Assembly (NCBI RefSeq): GCF_009914755.1
Contig: NC_060944.1
Reading direction: 5' to 3' (one strand)
Source of the DNA: the human T2T-CHM13v2.0 reference genome, Homo sapiens
Length of the DNA: 64,000 nt
Positions 51,099-64,000 of the stretch are shown here, in pieces; positions within the stretch are counted from its first letter, which is position 1, and each line of letters opens with the position of its first letter. Under the pieces are notes generated by a model. It was not told the DNA's origin. It saw only the letters and a program-made list of their open reading frames with translations, and searched no databases. Position numbers and translations under genes: made by a program.

Positions 51099-53312
51099 CC
51101 GCACGGCTGACCTGGCCACTGGACTGCTGGAGTCCATGCAAAGGCCCCTCTGCCATCCAGTGATCCTGCAGATTCCCTGCAAGGGACACGAGGCTCCAGG
51201 ACCTTGGCTCCATCCTTAGCACCCATTCATGGCCTCATCGTTTCCATTCCTGATCACACCCCAGAGGGCCTGTCCTAAATATTTCTGTGCCCATGTCTCT
51301 TTCATTCCCTGTCATTCCCTTTCTCCATCACCAAATGTTGAATTTTCAAACAACCTTCAAGGCCCAAATCAAATGAACTTTCCATAAAATTTCCCTAAAT
51401 GCCACCCTTGGGCCTACACCATGAAGCATTAGTTTTCCATTCTCGTTGTCTTCATGGCAAGACTAAATGAATGAATGAGTGAAGAACAAAGGAAGGCGTG
51501 AAATACATGATATGGAGAAGTCTTCCTCTCTGTGTTTCAGCTTCAAAGTTAGATCTAAGTTGTCAATACCAGTTTTAGAATATGGAATTTACACATACTT
51601 TAAAATATCAAAAATGTGCCAGTTCAGGTAACGTCCTTCTGAAGCAAAATGTATTGTCATCTAGCTCTTACTTCAAAATGCTCAAGAACAATATCCATGT
51701 GGCTACTATTTCAGAGTCTCTAGTAGCAAGTGTGTAAAGTACTATCTCTTGCTGAGTTTGGGCAATTGCTTTTGCATATGAGAGGACTAGTCATTAACCA
51801 GCAGAATTTTCTGTGATACCTACATTTCCCCCTACAGTTAATTCTCCCTTAATTCAGAATATCCTGAATTTTATAGCTCAGGAATTTGTGCAAGTGGAAT
51901 TTCTTTCACGAATAACATTACCTTATAGACAACAGCACATGTACAGCCACTTTTTCCAATATTCATGTAAATTTTTATGGACAACAATAAATCAAGGCTG
52001 AGGGAAATACAAATTTCGAATAGAAAAGTGTAACACCTATATTCTTGACAGGAAAACATTGTAAGTGCATTTAGATTTTGCATCTATATTAGCAGAGAAG
52101 TTCGTGCCTGCTAGCCCTGGCTTAATGGTGATGATGGTATTTGTTCCTTTTCCTACCCTCTTCTATTCTAAGGTGAAGATGATTAATAGGTTGCCAAAGG
52201 AATCGTACAATAAGCTTTCCTGATCAGAGTATTCCTTGAGCTAACCATGTAACAGCTCACTGCTGCACAACTGAGGATATTGATGAATAGTTTTATGATT
52301 CATCTGGGCAGATCCATGAAGCCAATTACTTCATAAGGTGGCATTTCATCACAGTTGCCTTCGATCCTCTGTGGCTGGCTCATTGATTAGAGCTTGCCAA
52401 GGAAAGCAAGTGTAAGAGTCTGGGATCCAAAATTGCTGACAGTCATTCCTGGACTTTGGCGTGGGTGTTCTGACAATGTGCTTATAATTTCTCTAGGCTG
52501 GCTTAATTACTCTACCCTTATATAAGGTTTAGTAACTTGACATAAAGTGGAAGAAAATCCACAGTAACATTAGACAGAATCTGCAAATCTTAGATTCTGA
52601 TAGGACTCATCTGGAACTGCCTTCCCATCCACCTCCCTTTTTATTGAAGAATTTGATCATTGAATCTGGACACGCACCTATGCATCATTTGCTCAATTTG
52701 GAGGATACAGTTAAATTAAAAATTCAAGCTGAAAAAATGTGCATTAGTAGGTAGTTTTGATTTTTCTGGCTTAAATACAATAGAATTATATCTGGGTACA
52801 ATTGCATTGATGCACTATGCTGCTAACAAGAGGAACAATTTGCAACTAGCAAATGGTATGTGGATCCATGTACATGCATAATTGGAAAATTAGGTGCACA
52901 TAAAATATTTTTTCAAATGATGTATTTTTACACAGTTTGCTCTCCTTTAACCTCATGCTGATGCATAATTAATACAGAGATGTATTCACTTAACTACTGA
53001 CTTCTAGAGACTGCCCGAAGGCATCTATTCCATCTCAGAGACCCAATGCAGTGTGACATCCAATGACATTTTTGCCATTGGAATGCAGAGTAGTTAATGA
53101 TGAGAAAGAAGCTTCTTGTCTAGGAAAAAAGTAGGAAGCAGGCAGTAGTTTCCTGTAGTGAGGGACATGGGACTTCCTTGGGATCGTTTCCATTTAGTGG
53201 GATGGCACAAGAGAACTCTGGAGCTGGGAATCAGAGCTGGTATGCCTTTTAAAAAATAAATGTTTCACTATATTTTAAGAGTTTTAAAATTATAAAAATA
53301 AATGTGAAGATA

Positions 53313-53734
53313 TGTTATAGTTTGAATATATGTCCCCACCAAATCTCATGTTGAATTTTAATCCCCACTGTTGGAGGTGGGGATCCAATCACCTGGTGGG
53401 AGGTGAATGGATCCTGGGGGCAGGCTTCTCATGAAGGTTTATCTCCATCCTCTTGTTGCTGCTCTTGCAATAGTCAGTCCTCGGGAGATCTGGTTGTTTG
53501 AAAATGTGTGGCAATTCCTCACTATTCTTTTGCTCCTGCTCTGGCCATGTGATGTGCCTGCTTCTGCTTTACCTTCTGCCATGAGTAAAAGCTCCCTGAG
53601 GCCTCCCCAGAAACTGAGATATGGACACCATGCTTGTACAGCCTGCAGAACCGTGAGCCAACTAAATCTCTTTTTTTAATAAATTGTCCAGCCTCAGGAA
53701 TATCCTTATAGCAATGCAAGAACAGCCTAATGCA
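53313..53734 (+). mobile_element. MSTA/MSTB-like MaLR solo LTR
   Basis: tgttatagtttgaatatatgtccccaccaaatctcatgttgaa...tatagcaatgcaagaacagcctaatgca; TSD agata/agatg. Confidence 0.92.
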
Positions 53735-54464
53735 AGATGGAACAGAGTTCCCATATGTCCTACACCCCGGCCCTTGTTATTTAAACTGCTTTATTGAGAT
53801 ATAATTCACATACCATAAAATTCACCTATATAGACCATACAGTTAAATGGATTTTGGTGTATTTGGAGTTGAGCAACTATCATCACAACTAGAGCACTTT
53901 CATTACCCTAAGAAGAAACTCAGTACCCAACATCAGTCACTCCTCTTGCTTCCAAACCCCTCAGCCCTAGTCAGCCTCTGATCAACACAGGCCTATCACT
54001 ATAGATTTGCCTATTCTGGACACTTCATATAAATGGAACAATATATGATGTGGTCCTTCATGACTGGCTGCTTTCTTTTGATGTAATATTTTCAAGGTTC
54101 AGCCATGTGGTAGCCAGTATCAGAACTTCATTCCTTTGTGTTGCCAAATTATAGGTTATACTATGAAGATGCCACATTTTATTTAACTGTTTAATAGTTG
54201 ATGGACATGGTATTGTTTCTATTTTTTGGCTACTATGGATATTACTGTCATGAACATTTGGGTGCAAGTTTTTGTGTGGCCACGTATTTTTATTTCTCTT
54301 GGTTAAATACCTAGGAGTGGAACTGCCAGGTCATATGGTAACTGCATGTTGACTCTTTTGAGGAGCTTCCAGACTGTTTTTCAAAGTGATGGCACAATTT
54401 TCCTTTCCCCTCAATAATGTATGAGGGTTGCAATGTCGCTACATATTACCAACATTTGTCATTG

Positions 54465-54504
54465 TCTTTCTTTCTTTTCTTTCTCTCTCTCTCTTTCTTT
54501 TCCT

Positions 54505-54564
<60 letters not shown>

Positions 54565-54576
54565 TTCTTTCCTTCT

Positions 54577-54657
<81 letters not shown>

Positions 54658-54685
54658 TTTCTTTCTTTTTCTTTCTTTTTTTTTT
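54465..54685 (+). repeat. (TTTC)n polypyrimidine microsatellite (Alu tail)
   Basis: About 220 bp of pure pyrimidine. Confidence 0.97.
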
Positions 54686-54970
54686 GGGATGGAGTCTCGC
54701 TCTGTCACCCAGGCTGGAGTGCAGTGGCATGATCTCGGCTCGCTGCAACCTCCACCTCCCAGGTTCAAGCGATTGAACTCACTGCCTCAGCCTCCCAAGT
54801 AGCTGGGACCACAGCCGCATGCCACCACACCCAGCTAATTTTTTGTATTTTTAGTAGAGACGGGGTTTCACCATGTTAGCCAGGATGGTCTCAATCTCCT
54901 GACCTCATGATCCACCCTCCTTGGCCTCCCAAAGTGCTGGGATTACAGGTGTGAGCCACCACACCTGGCC
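54686..54970 (-). mobile_element. AluSc-like
   Basis: ccatgttagccaggatggtctcaatctcctgacctcatgatcc. Confidence 0.93.
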
Positions 54971-55804
54971 ATCTGTCTTTTTGATGATAGACATCACAGG
55001 AGTGTAAAGTGATATTTACCTATATTGGCTTTGTATTTCCCTGATGGCTAATGATTTTGAACACCGTTTAATGTGTTTATTGGCCATTTTTAAATCTTTT
55101 TTAAAGAAAGTCTATTCATATAATTTGCTCATTTTAGAATGAGACATTTTCTTTAAGGGTTCTTTTCTTATCAAACGAATGATTTGTATATGATGCTGCT
55201 ATGTAAATTGTTTTCTTAAATTTCCTTCCACCCTGTGGCTTTTGTCTTTATTTTCTTGGTGCTGCCCTTTGAAGCATAAAAACGTTAATTTTCATAAAGT
55301 CAAATTGATCCTTTGTGCTTCCAGTATCTCATTTAAGGGAACTTTGACTAATTCAAGGTCATGATGATAGACGTCTATGCTTCCTTCTAAAAGTTTTATA
55401 GTTTTACTTCCTACACTTAGGTGTTTAATCCATTGTGAGTTAATTTTTGTTCATGGTAGAAGGAAGGGTTCTAATTTATTTCTTTTATAGCTGGATATCT
55501 AGTTGTCCCAGCATCATTTGTTCAAAAGACCTATTTATGTTTAACTGAGCTGTCTCGACACCCTTGTCAAAAAACGATGGACTATAAATATATGCGTTTC
55601 TTTCCATGCTCTCAGTTTTATCCCACTGGTCTATACGTCTGTCCTATTAACAATATCACACTGTCTTAACCTTGGATCTGTAGATTTGGATAGTATTGTC
55701 ATTTAAAAAACACTAGGTCTTTTGATTTATGAACATAGGGTATTTTAAAATTTATTTAGGTTTTTTGAAATTTATTCAACAGTGTTTTGCTGTTTTTCAG
55801 AGTA

Positions 55805-56151
55805 CAGCTGCCCCTCCGTACCCATGGGGGATTGGTTCCAGGACCCATATGCAAACCAAAACCCATATGCAAATGGATAATCAAGTCCCTGAGGTAAAAT
55901 GCTTAAGTAACTTTGCATATAACCCCATGAACATCCTCTTGAATATTTTAAATCATCTCTAGATTACTGGTAATACCTAATACAATGTAAATGCTATGTA
56001 AATAGTTATACTGCATTGTTTAGGGAATAATGACAAGAAAAAAATGTTGCATGGGTTCAGTACAGATGCACCCATCCTTTAAAAAAATATTCTGCGTCTG
56101 CAGTTGGTTAAACCCACAGATGCAAAACCCACAAATGCAAAGGGACAACTG
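55805..56151. mobile_element. MER2 (TcMar-Tigger MITE)
   Basis: TIR-like ends cagctgcccctccgtacccatggg / cccacaaatgcaaagggacaactg; core aaatcatctctagattact...taatacctaatacaatgtaaatgctatgtaaatagtt. Confidence 0.9.
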
Positions 56152-56681
56152 TGTAAGTTTTGCACTCGTTTTGTTAAATTTATTCCTAAGTATCTCTTTA
56201 TTTTTGCTACTATTGTAAATTGTTTTCTTAAATTTTATGGTTGTACTGTCCATTGGTAATGCACAGAAATACAATTAAATTTTGTATGTTTGTCTTGTAC
56301 CCTGGAACATGCTGAACCTGATTATTAGTTTTATAAGTGTTTTAGTGGATTAATTACAATTTTCTGTTTGAGAGATCATATAATCTTCAAACAGAGATAG
56401 TTTTACTTCTTCCTTTCCATTCTGGATTTTTTAAATTTCATATCTTATCCTATCTACACCTCCACTACAACTCCAATTGAATAAAAATGGCAAGAATGGG
56501 AATCTATGCTTGATTCTTGATCTTAGGGAAATTTTCCACCTTTTAAATTAAGTTTGAAGTTAACTATGGGATTTTTCATAGGTGCCTTTTTTCTTGGTGA
56601 GGAAGTCCCCTTTTATTTCTAGTTTGCTGAATGTTTTATCATGAAGGGACATTGTGTTTGTCAAATTCCCTCTTTGTGTAA

Positions 56682-56897
<216 letters not shown>

Positions 56898-58840
56898 TAA
56901 TTTTGACCATTTGGAGCTTTTTCTGCTGGCTCATGTGTTCCTTTGACATGCCACATCATTGTGTGAGCGTGTGTATCTGTGTTTGGTTAGCACTATATCA
57001 CTTATTGATACTAAATTGATGATCTAGGATAATCACATCTTTTCTAACTTAATTCTATAATCAGTCATTTCTCCAAGAAGCCCTACTTCCTTTCATTGGA
57101 GAATAGTGTTAGAAATCAAAATATTATCACTTAATATTCTTGTTATTAATGAGGTATCATTACTTCTAGGAAATCTCAGGTAACTGAGCAAGGAAACGTG
57201 TAAATACCAACCCATGTCTACACACCTATCTATAAATATTTCTAGATCAATCTCTCCCTCTCTCTCAAGCTAAACATAAGTTCATACAGAAGTCTCTTAT
57301 CCACTACCACATGGATTATTCTAGTCTTCTCTCATTGTTTATCTATAAAGTCCCACACTAACAGTGAGTAACCTGGCTTCAACCATCCACCATCCGTTTA
57401 CTCAATTATTTATCTCTATTTACATATATAGCAGTATAGAATTGCTAAAACATACTCCCATGGGAAACAACATTATCAACTAGACCATGGTGCTTATGTG
57501 CAGATTTTTTTTTTAGTTTTGCATAGTCCACTCATTTCCAAAGCTACACAGGTCAGCAACATTTTCCCCACTTCCGCCAGTGGCATTATGTCATTTATCA
57601 GCAACATAGTCAGATGTTTCATCACATTCCATGTTCCATCTCAGAATTCCCCAGCTACCTAAATGCTTTTTATTTATATTTGCATATATTAAGGTTCACT
57701 TTGTGCTGTAATGTTCTTTAGGTGTTAAGAAATAAATAATATCATATACACACTATTAGAGTGCAACAGAGGATAGTTTCACCATCTTAAAGAGAAATTC
57801 CTGTATTTCACATACTCAACATTCTCCTCCTCGCATAAATGTCTCCAAATCTGTTCTTTTTTTTAAATGTTGTGTGGACTAGTCTATGTTTCTTGACTTT
57901 CCATATAAATGTTAGAGTCAGGTTATTCATAGTTACAAAGTGGCTCACTGAGACTTTTATTAGTATTGCATTGAATTTATAGGTCAATTTGGAAAAAAAC
58001 AGACACTTTAACAATATTAAATCCTCCAATTCATGAACATGGACTATATCTCTATTTACTTAGATGTTATTTTATTTTCTCTATTTTTTTACTTTCAACT
58101 TCATTGATTTCTGCTCTCATTTTATTCATTACATTTTTTCCTCATGCTATAGGGTTAAATTGTACACCTTTTTCTGGATTCCTAAGGTGAAATATTATAT
58201 TGATTTACATTTTTCATCTTTCTAATACATCCATTTCATGCTATACATTTTCTTTTAAAGAATGCTTTCACTTTCTTCCACTTTTTAAAGTAATTTTTAT
58301 CTTTATTTAGTTCAAATTACTTTTTACATTTCTCTTGAGACTTTTACTTTGATCTATATGTTATTTAGAAATGTGCTATTTAATCTCCAAATAGTTGGAA
58401 ATTTTCTAGTTATTTTTGCTATTATTTGGTTTCTGGTTTAGTTCCATTGGGATCTGAAATATATTTTTATGATTATTAAAAATTTATTAAATGTAATAAT
58501 TTATGACACAGAACGTGATTTATTTTGGTGCATGTTCCATGTGAACTTCAGAGAGAAGCATATCCTTCTGTTGTTGGATAGAGTGTTTTATAAATGTCAA
58601 TTAAATCAAGTTGATTGATAGCACTGTTCACATCAACTACGGATTTTCTGCTTGCTAAATCTATCAATTACTGACAAGAAGTCTGTTGAAATCTCCATTT
58701 ATTATAGTGGATTTGCCTATTTCTCCTTGCAGTTCTATCAGTCTTTGCCTCAGGTATTTGGATGCTCTCTTGTTAAGAATATGCAGGTATACCCATCTGA
58801 TTGTACTTTGTTTCACTGCACTTTGCAGATACTGCAGGGG

Positions 58841-58851
58841 TTTTTTTGTTT

Positions 58852-58890
<39 letters not shown>

Positions 58891-59172
58891 TTTTGAGATG
58901 GAGTCTCGTTCTGTCACCCAGGCTGGAGTGCAGTGGTGTGATCTTGGCTCACTGCAACCTCCGCCTCCCGGGTTCAAACAATTCTCTGCCTCAGCCTCCC
59001 AAGTAGCTGGGATTACAGGCACCCACCACCACACCTGGCTAATTTTTGTAGTTTTAGTAGAGACGGGGTTTCACCATCTTGGCCAGGCTGGTCTTGAACT
59101 CCTGACCTCGTGATCCACCCTCCTCAGCCTCCCAAAGTGCTGGGATTACAGGCGTGAGCCACCATGTCCAGC
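58841..59172 (-). mobile_element. AluSg7-like with (TTTA)n tail
   Basis: aattctctgcc, ccatcttggcc, cctcgtgatcc diagnostics; TSD-like gatactg. Confidence 0.92.
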
Positions 59173-59611
59173 TGATACTGTGTTTTTGACACAAATTATA
59201 GTGTTGTGGCAACCCTGCATTGAGCGAGTCTATCAACACCAATTTTTTTCCAATAATTTGTGCTCACTTTTTGTCTCTGTGTCACATTTTGGTAATTCTC
59301 TCAATACTTTAAGCTTCTAATCGTTATTATATCTGTTATGGTCATCTGTGATCGGTGATCTTTGATGTTACTATTGTAATTATTTGAGGAACCAGAAACT
59401 GCACCCATATAGGACGACAAACAATCAATAAACGTGTGTGTTCTGACAGATCTCCTGACCGGCCATCCATCTCTCTCCCTCTCCTCAAGCCCCCCTATTC
59501 TCTCATCCACAACATTATTGAAATTAGGGCAATTAATAAACCTACAGTGACTTCCAGGTGTTCAAGTGAAAAGAAAAGTCACACATCTTTCACTTGAAAT
59601 TAAAAGCCTGA

Positions 59612-60554
<943 letters not shown>

Positions 60555-61336
60555 AAAAGCCTGACGTGACAAAGCTTAGTGAGGAAGGCATGTGGAAAGC
60601 CAAGACAGGCCTCTTTTGCTAAACAATTAACCAAGTTGTGAATGCCAAGAAAAGTTCCTGAAGGAATTTCAAAGTGCAACTCCAGTAAACACACAAATGA
60701 TAACAAAGCAAAACAGCCTCATTGCTGATGTGGGGAAAGCTTTAGTGGTCTGGATAGAAGATCAAACCTGCCACAACATTCCCCTAAGCCAAAGCCTAAT
60801 CCAGAGCAAGACCCTAACCATCTCCAATTCTGTAAACGCTAAGAGAGGCGAGGAAGCTGCAGAAAAAAAAAAAAAAAAAACTTTAAAGCTTACAGAGGTT
60901 GGTTCATGAGGTTTCAGAAAAGAAGTAATCTCCATTGCATGAAAGTGCAAGGTGGAGCAAGTGTTGATGGAGAAGCTGCAGCAAGTTATCCAGATCTAGC
61001 TAAAATAGTTCATGAAGGTGGCTACACTAAACAACAGAATTTTAATGTAGATGAAACAGCCTTCAATTGAAAGAAGATGCTATTTAGGACAGGCTGACTC
61101 TTGTTAGGGGCTAATGCAGCTGATGACTTTAAGTTGAAACCAAGGCTGATGTACCCTTCTGAAAATCCTAGGGCTCTTAAGACCTATGCTAGATCTACTC
61201 TGCCTGTGCTCTAGAAATGAAACAATAAAGCCTGAATGACAACACATCTATTTACAGCATGGTTTACTGACTGTTGTAAGCCCACTGTTGAGATCTACTG
61301 CTCAGAAAAAAGATTCCCTTTAAAATATTGCTTCTT

Positions 61337-61640
61337 GGCTGGGTGCAGTGGCTCACACCTGTAATCACAGCACTTTGGGAGGCTGAGGTGGGTGGATCAC
61401 GATGTCAGGAGTTCAAGACCAGCCTGGCCAAGATGGTGAAACCCCATCTCTACTAAAAATACAAAAAAATTAGCCGGGCGTGGTGGGACGCACCTGTAAT
61501 CCCAGCTACTCCAGAGGCTGAGGCAGAGAATTGCTTAAACCTGGAGGGGCGGAGGTTGCAGTGAGCCGAGATCGCGCCACCGCACTCCAGCCTGGGAGAC
61601 AGAGCGAGACTCTGTCTCAAAAAAAAAAAAAAAAAAAAAA
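61337..61640 (+). mobile_element. AluSg7-like
   Basis: gccaagatggtgaaacc and gaggcagagaattgctt diagnostics; TSD-like tgcttct. Confidence 0.93.
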
Positions 61641-64000
61641 TGCTTCTCATTGACAATACACCTGGTCACCAAAGAGCTCTGATGTAGATGTACAAGGAGA
61701 TTAACACTGTTCTCATGCCTGCCAATGCAACATCCATTCTGCAGCCCAAATATCAAGGAGTAATTTCAACTTTCAAATCCTATTGTTTAAGAATTATATT
61801 TTGTCAGGCTATAGCTTCCACAGACAGTGATTCCTCTGATGGATCTGGTCAAATTGAAACTTTCTGAAAAGGACTCATTATTCTAGATGCCATTAACAAC
61901 ACTCATTATTCATGGGAAGAGGTCAGAATATCAACACTAGAGGAAGTTGGAAGAAGTTGATTCCAGTCTTCCTGGATGACTTTGAGGGGTTCAAGATTTC
62001 AGTGGAGAAAGTAACCTCAGATGTGGTAAAAGCAGCAAGAGAACTAGAATTAGAAGTGGAGCCTGTAGCTGTCATTGAATTGCTGCAATCTCATGATAAA
62101 ACTTGAATGCATATAAGGAGTTGCTTCTTATGGATTAGCAAATAAAGTGGTTCGTTGAGATGGAACCTACTCCTGGTGAAGATACTGTGAACACTGTTAA
62201 AACGACAACAAAGGATTTAGAATATTACGTAAACTTAGTTGATAAAGCAGCAGCAGGGTTTGAAAGGATTGACCTCAGTTTTGAAAGAAGTTCTACTGTG
62301 GGTAAAATGATATAAAACAGCATTGCATGCTACAGGGAAATCTTTCATGAAAGGAGGAGTCAATTGATGCAGCAAACTTCAGTGTTGCTTTATTTTAAGA
62401 AATTGCCAAAGCCACCCCAACCTTCAGCAACTACCACCTTGATCAGTCAGCAGCCTTCAACATTGAGGCCAAGACCTTCCCCCAGCAAACAGATTATGGC
62501 TTGCTATAGGTTCAGATGGTTATTAGCACTTTTTAGCAATAAAGTATTTTTAATGAAGGTATGTACATTATCTTTTTAGACATAATGCTGTTGCACACTT
62601 AATAGCATTATATACACTGAGAAACCAAAAAATTTGTATGGCTCACTTTATTGCAATGTTCATTTTATTGTGGCAGTCTGGAACCAAACCTCCAATATCT
62701 CCAAGATATGCATGTACATACTTATGGTTGCTAATTTTTTTCTTAGAAAATTGACCCTTTATTATTATGTGAAGCTTCTTTTCATCCTCAATAGTTTTCC
62801 TTTCTTTGAACTCTGCTGGGCTTGAAATCACTATAGCCACCCCAGATAATTTTCACTGGTGTTAGTGTGAGGTATCTTTTTTTTCCCCATCCCTTTGCAT
62901 TGAATTTATCTAAGTGTTTATATTTAAAGTGGATTTCTTGTGGACAACATGTAGTCAGGTCTTGTTTATTTATCTTTTCTACTCTAGTGGTCTTATTTTT
63001 TAATCCACTCAACAATCTTTTCCTTTTAACTAGTGTATTCAGACCATTCATATTTACAGTGGTTATTGATATGGTTGGACTAATGTCTACCATGTTTGTA
63101 TGTGTTTTCTTTCTGTTGCAGTTGTTGTTTGTTTCTTTATAATCCCTCTACTTTTCTTTCTCAATTGAGAATTTCATACGATTATATTGTATCACCTGTC
63201 TTAGAATGTTGGCGATACTTCTTTTTGATATGCTTAGTGTTTACTCTAGTTTTCTATGTACATTTTTAACTAATATAAGTCCACTTCCAAATAACACTAT
63301 AGCATTTCACATGTCCTATAGGTAACTTACAGCGTTTCCCACTTTCTCCCTTGCATCCCGTAAGATGCTACTGTTATTTATCTTCCCCACGTGCTATATT
63401 CATTACCTGTCTGATCCACCGAGAATGAGAACCATACAATACTCTATTGTATTTTCATTAACTTTTTCTCTGAAGCTCTTCCTTTTTGTATGTAGATATG
63501 AATTTTGGTTCTATAGCATTTACATTTTTCTGAAGAACTTATTTTACAATTTCAGGTAGGGAAAACCTGCAGCCAATGAACTCCCTCAGATTCTGTTTGT
63601 TAGAGCAAGTCTTTATTTCTACTTCACTTGTGAATAACAATTTGGTGGCTATAGAATGCTAGGTGAATAGGGGTTTTTTTCTGTCAACACTTTAAACACT
63701 TATCTCTGCTCTTTATTTTGTTTATTTTTTTGTATGATTTCTGATGATAAACCCACTGTAAATTATGTCCTTATTCTTCTAGGTTTGCTCCTCAGTGAGT
63801 AAAACAATTTTTTTGTCTCTAGCTTCTTTTGATTTTCTTTTCATTTTTTTGTTTTCTGCAGCCTAAATATGTTATGCATAAGTGTATATTTATTGATAAT
63901 TAACATTCTTGCTATTGGGTGAGCTTTCTGGATCCATATTTGGTGTCTACCATTAACTTTGGAAATTCCTTGGCAATTATTACTTCACAATTTCTTCTGA

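Noticed and set aside
60697-62106. Tigger transposase ORF pieces as a domesticated TIGD-like gene
   Set aside because: Multiple stops, frameshifts, a deletion and retro-insertions interrupt the frame.

Overview
This is primate (hominoid, human-like) non-coding genomic DNA, either intergenic or deep-intronic. It contains Alu (J and S), an L1PA2-type insertion and a HERV-H LTR7-type solo LTR, with no CpG island, recognisable protein-coding gene, RNA gene or CRISPR array. A large share of the window is transposon-derived: MER20, MER63, MER5A, MER2, a near-complete Tigger1, MLT1/MLT2/MST LTRs, six ERV1 solo LTRs, MIR, L2, many L1 remnants and about 13 Alus, several nested with readable target-site duplications (TSDs). 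Most long ORFs in the track are microsatellite, VNTR, Alu or L1 artefacts. I cannot support a new multi-gene system. The best leads are: (1) two dispersed local duplications that look like templated repair insertions, one a patchwork with a perfect hairpin; (2) a well-formed, frame-preserving 177-nt minus-strand candidate exon next to a homeodomain-motif-rich unique block, downstream of a minus-oriented LTR7B-like promoter that has lost its poly(A) signal; (3) small duplications that created strong transcription-factor sites (NF-kB, double MARE/ARE). Repeat subfamily names are from recalled consensus sequences, and boundaries of old elements are approximate.
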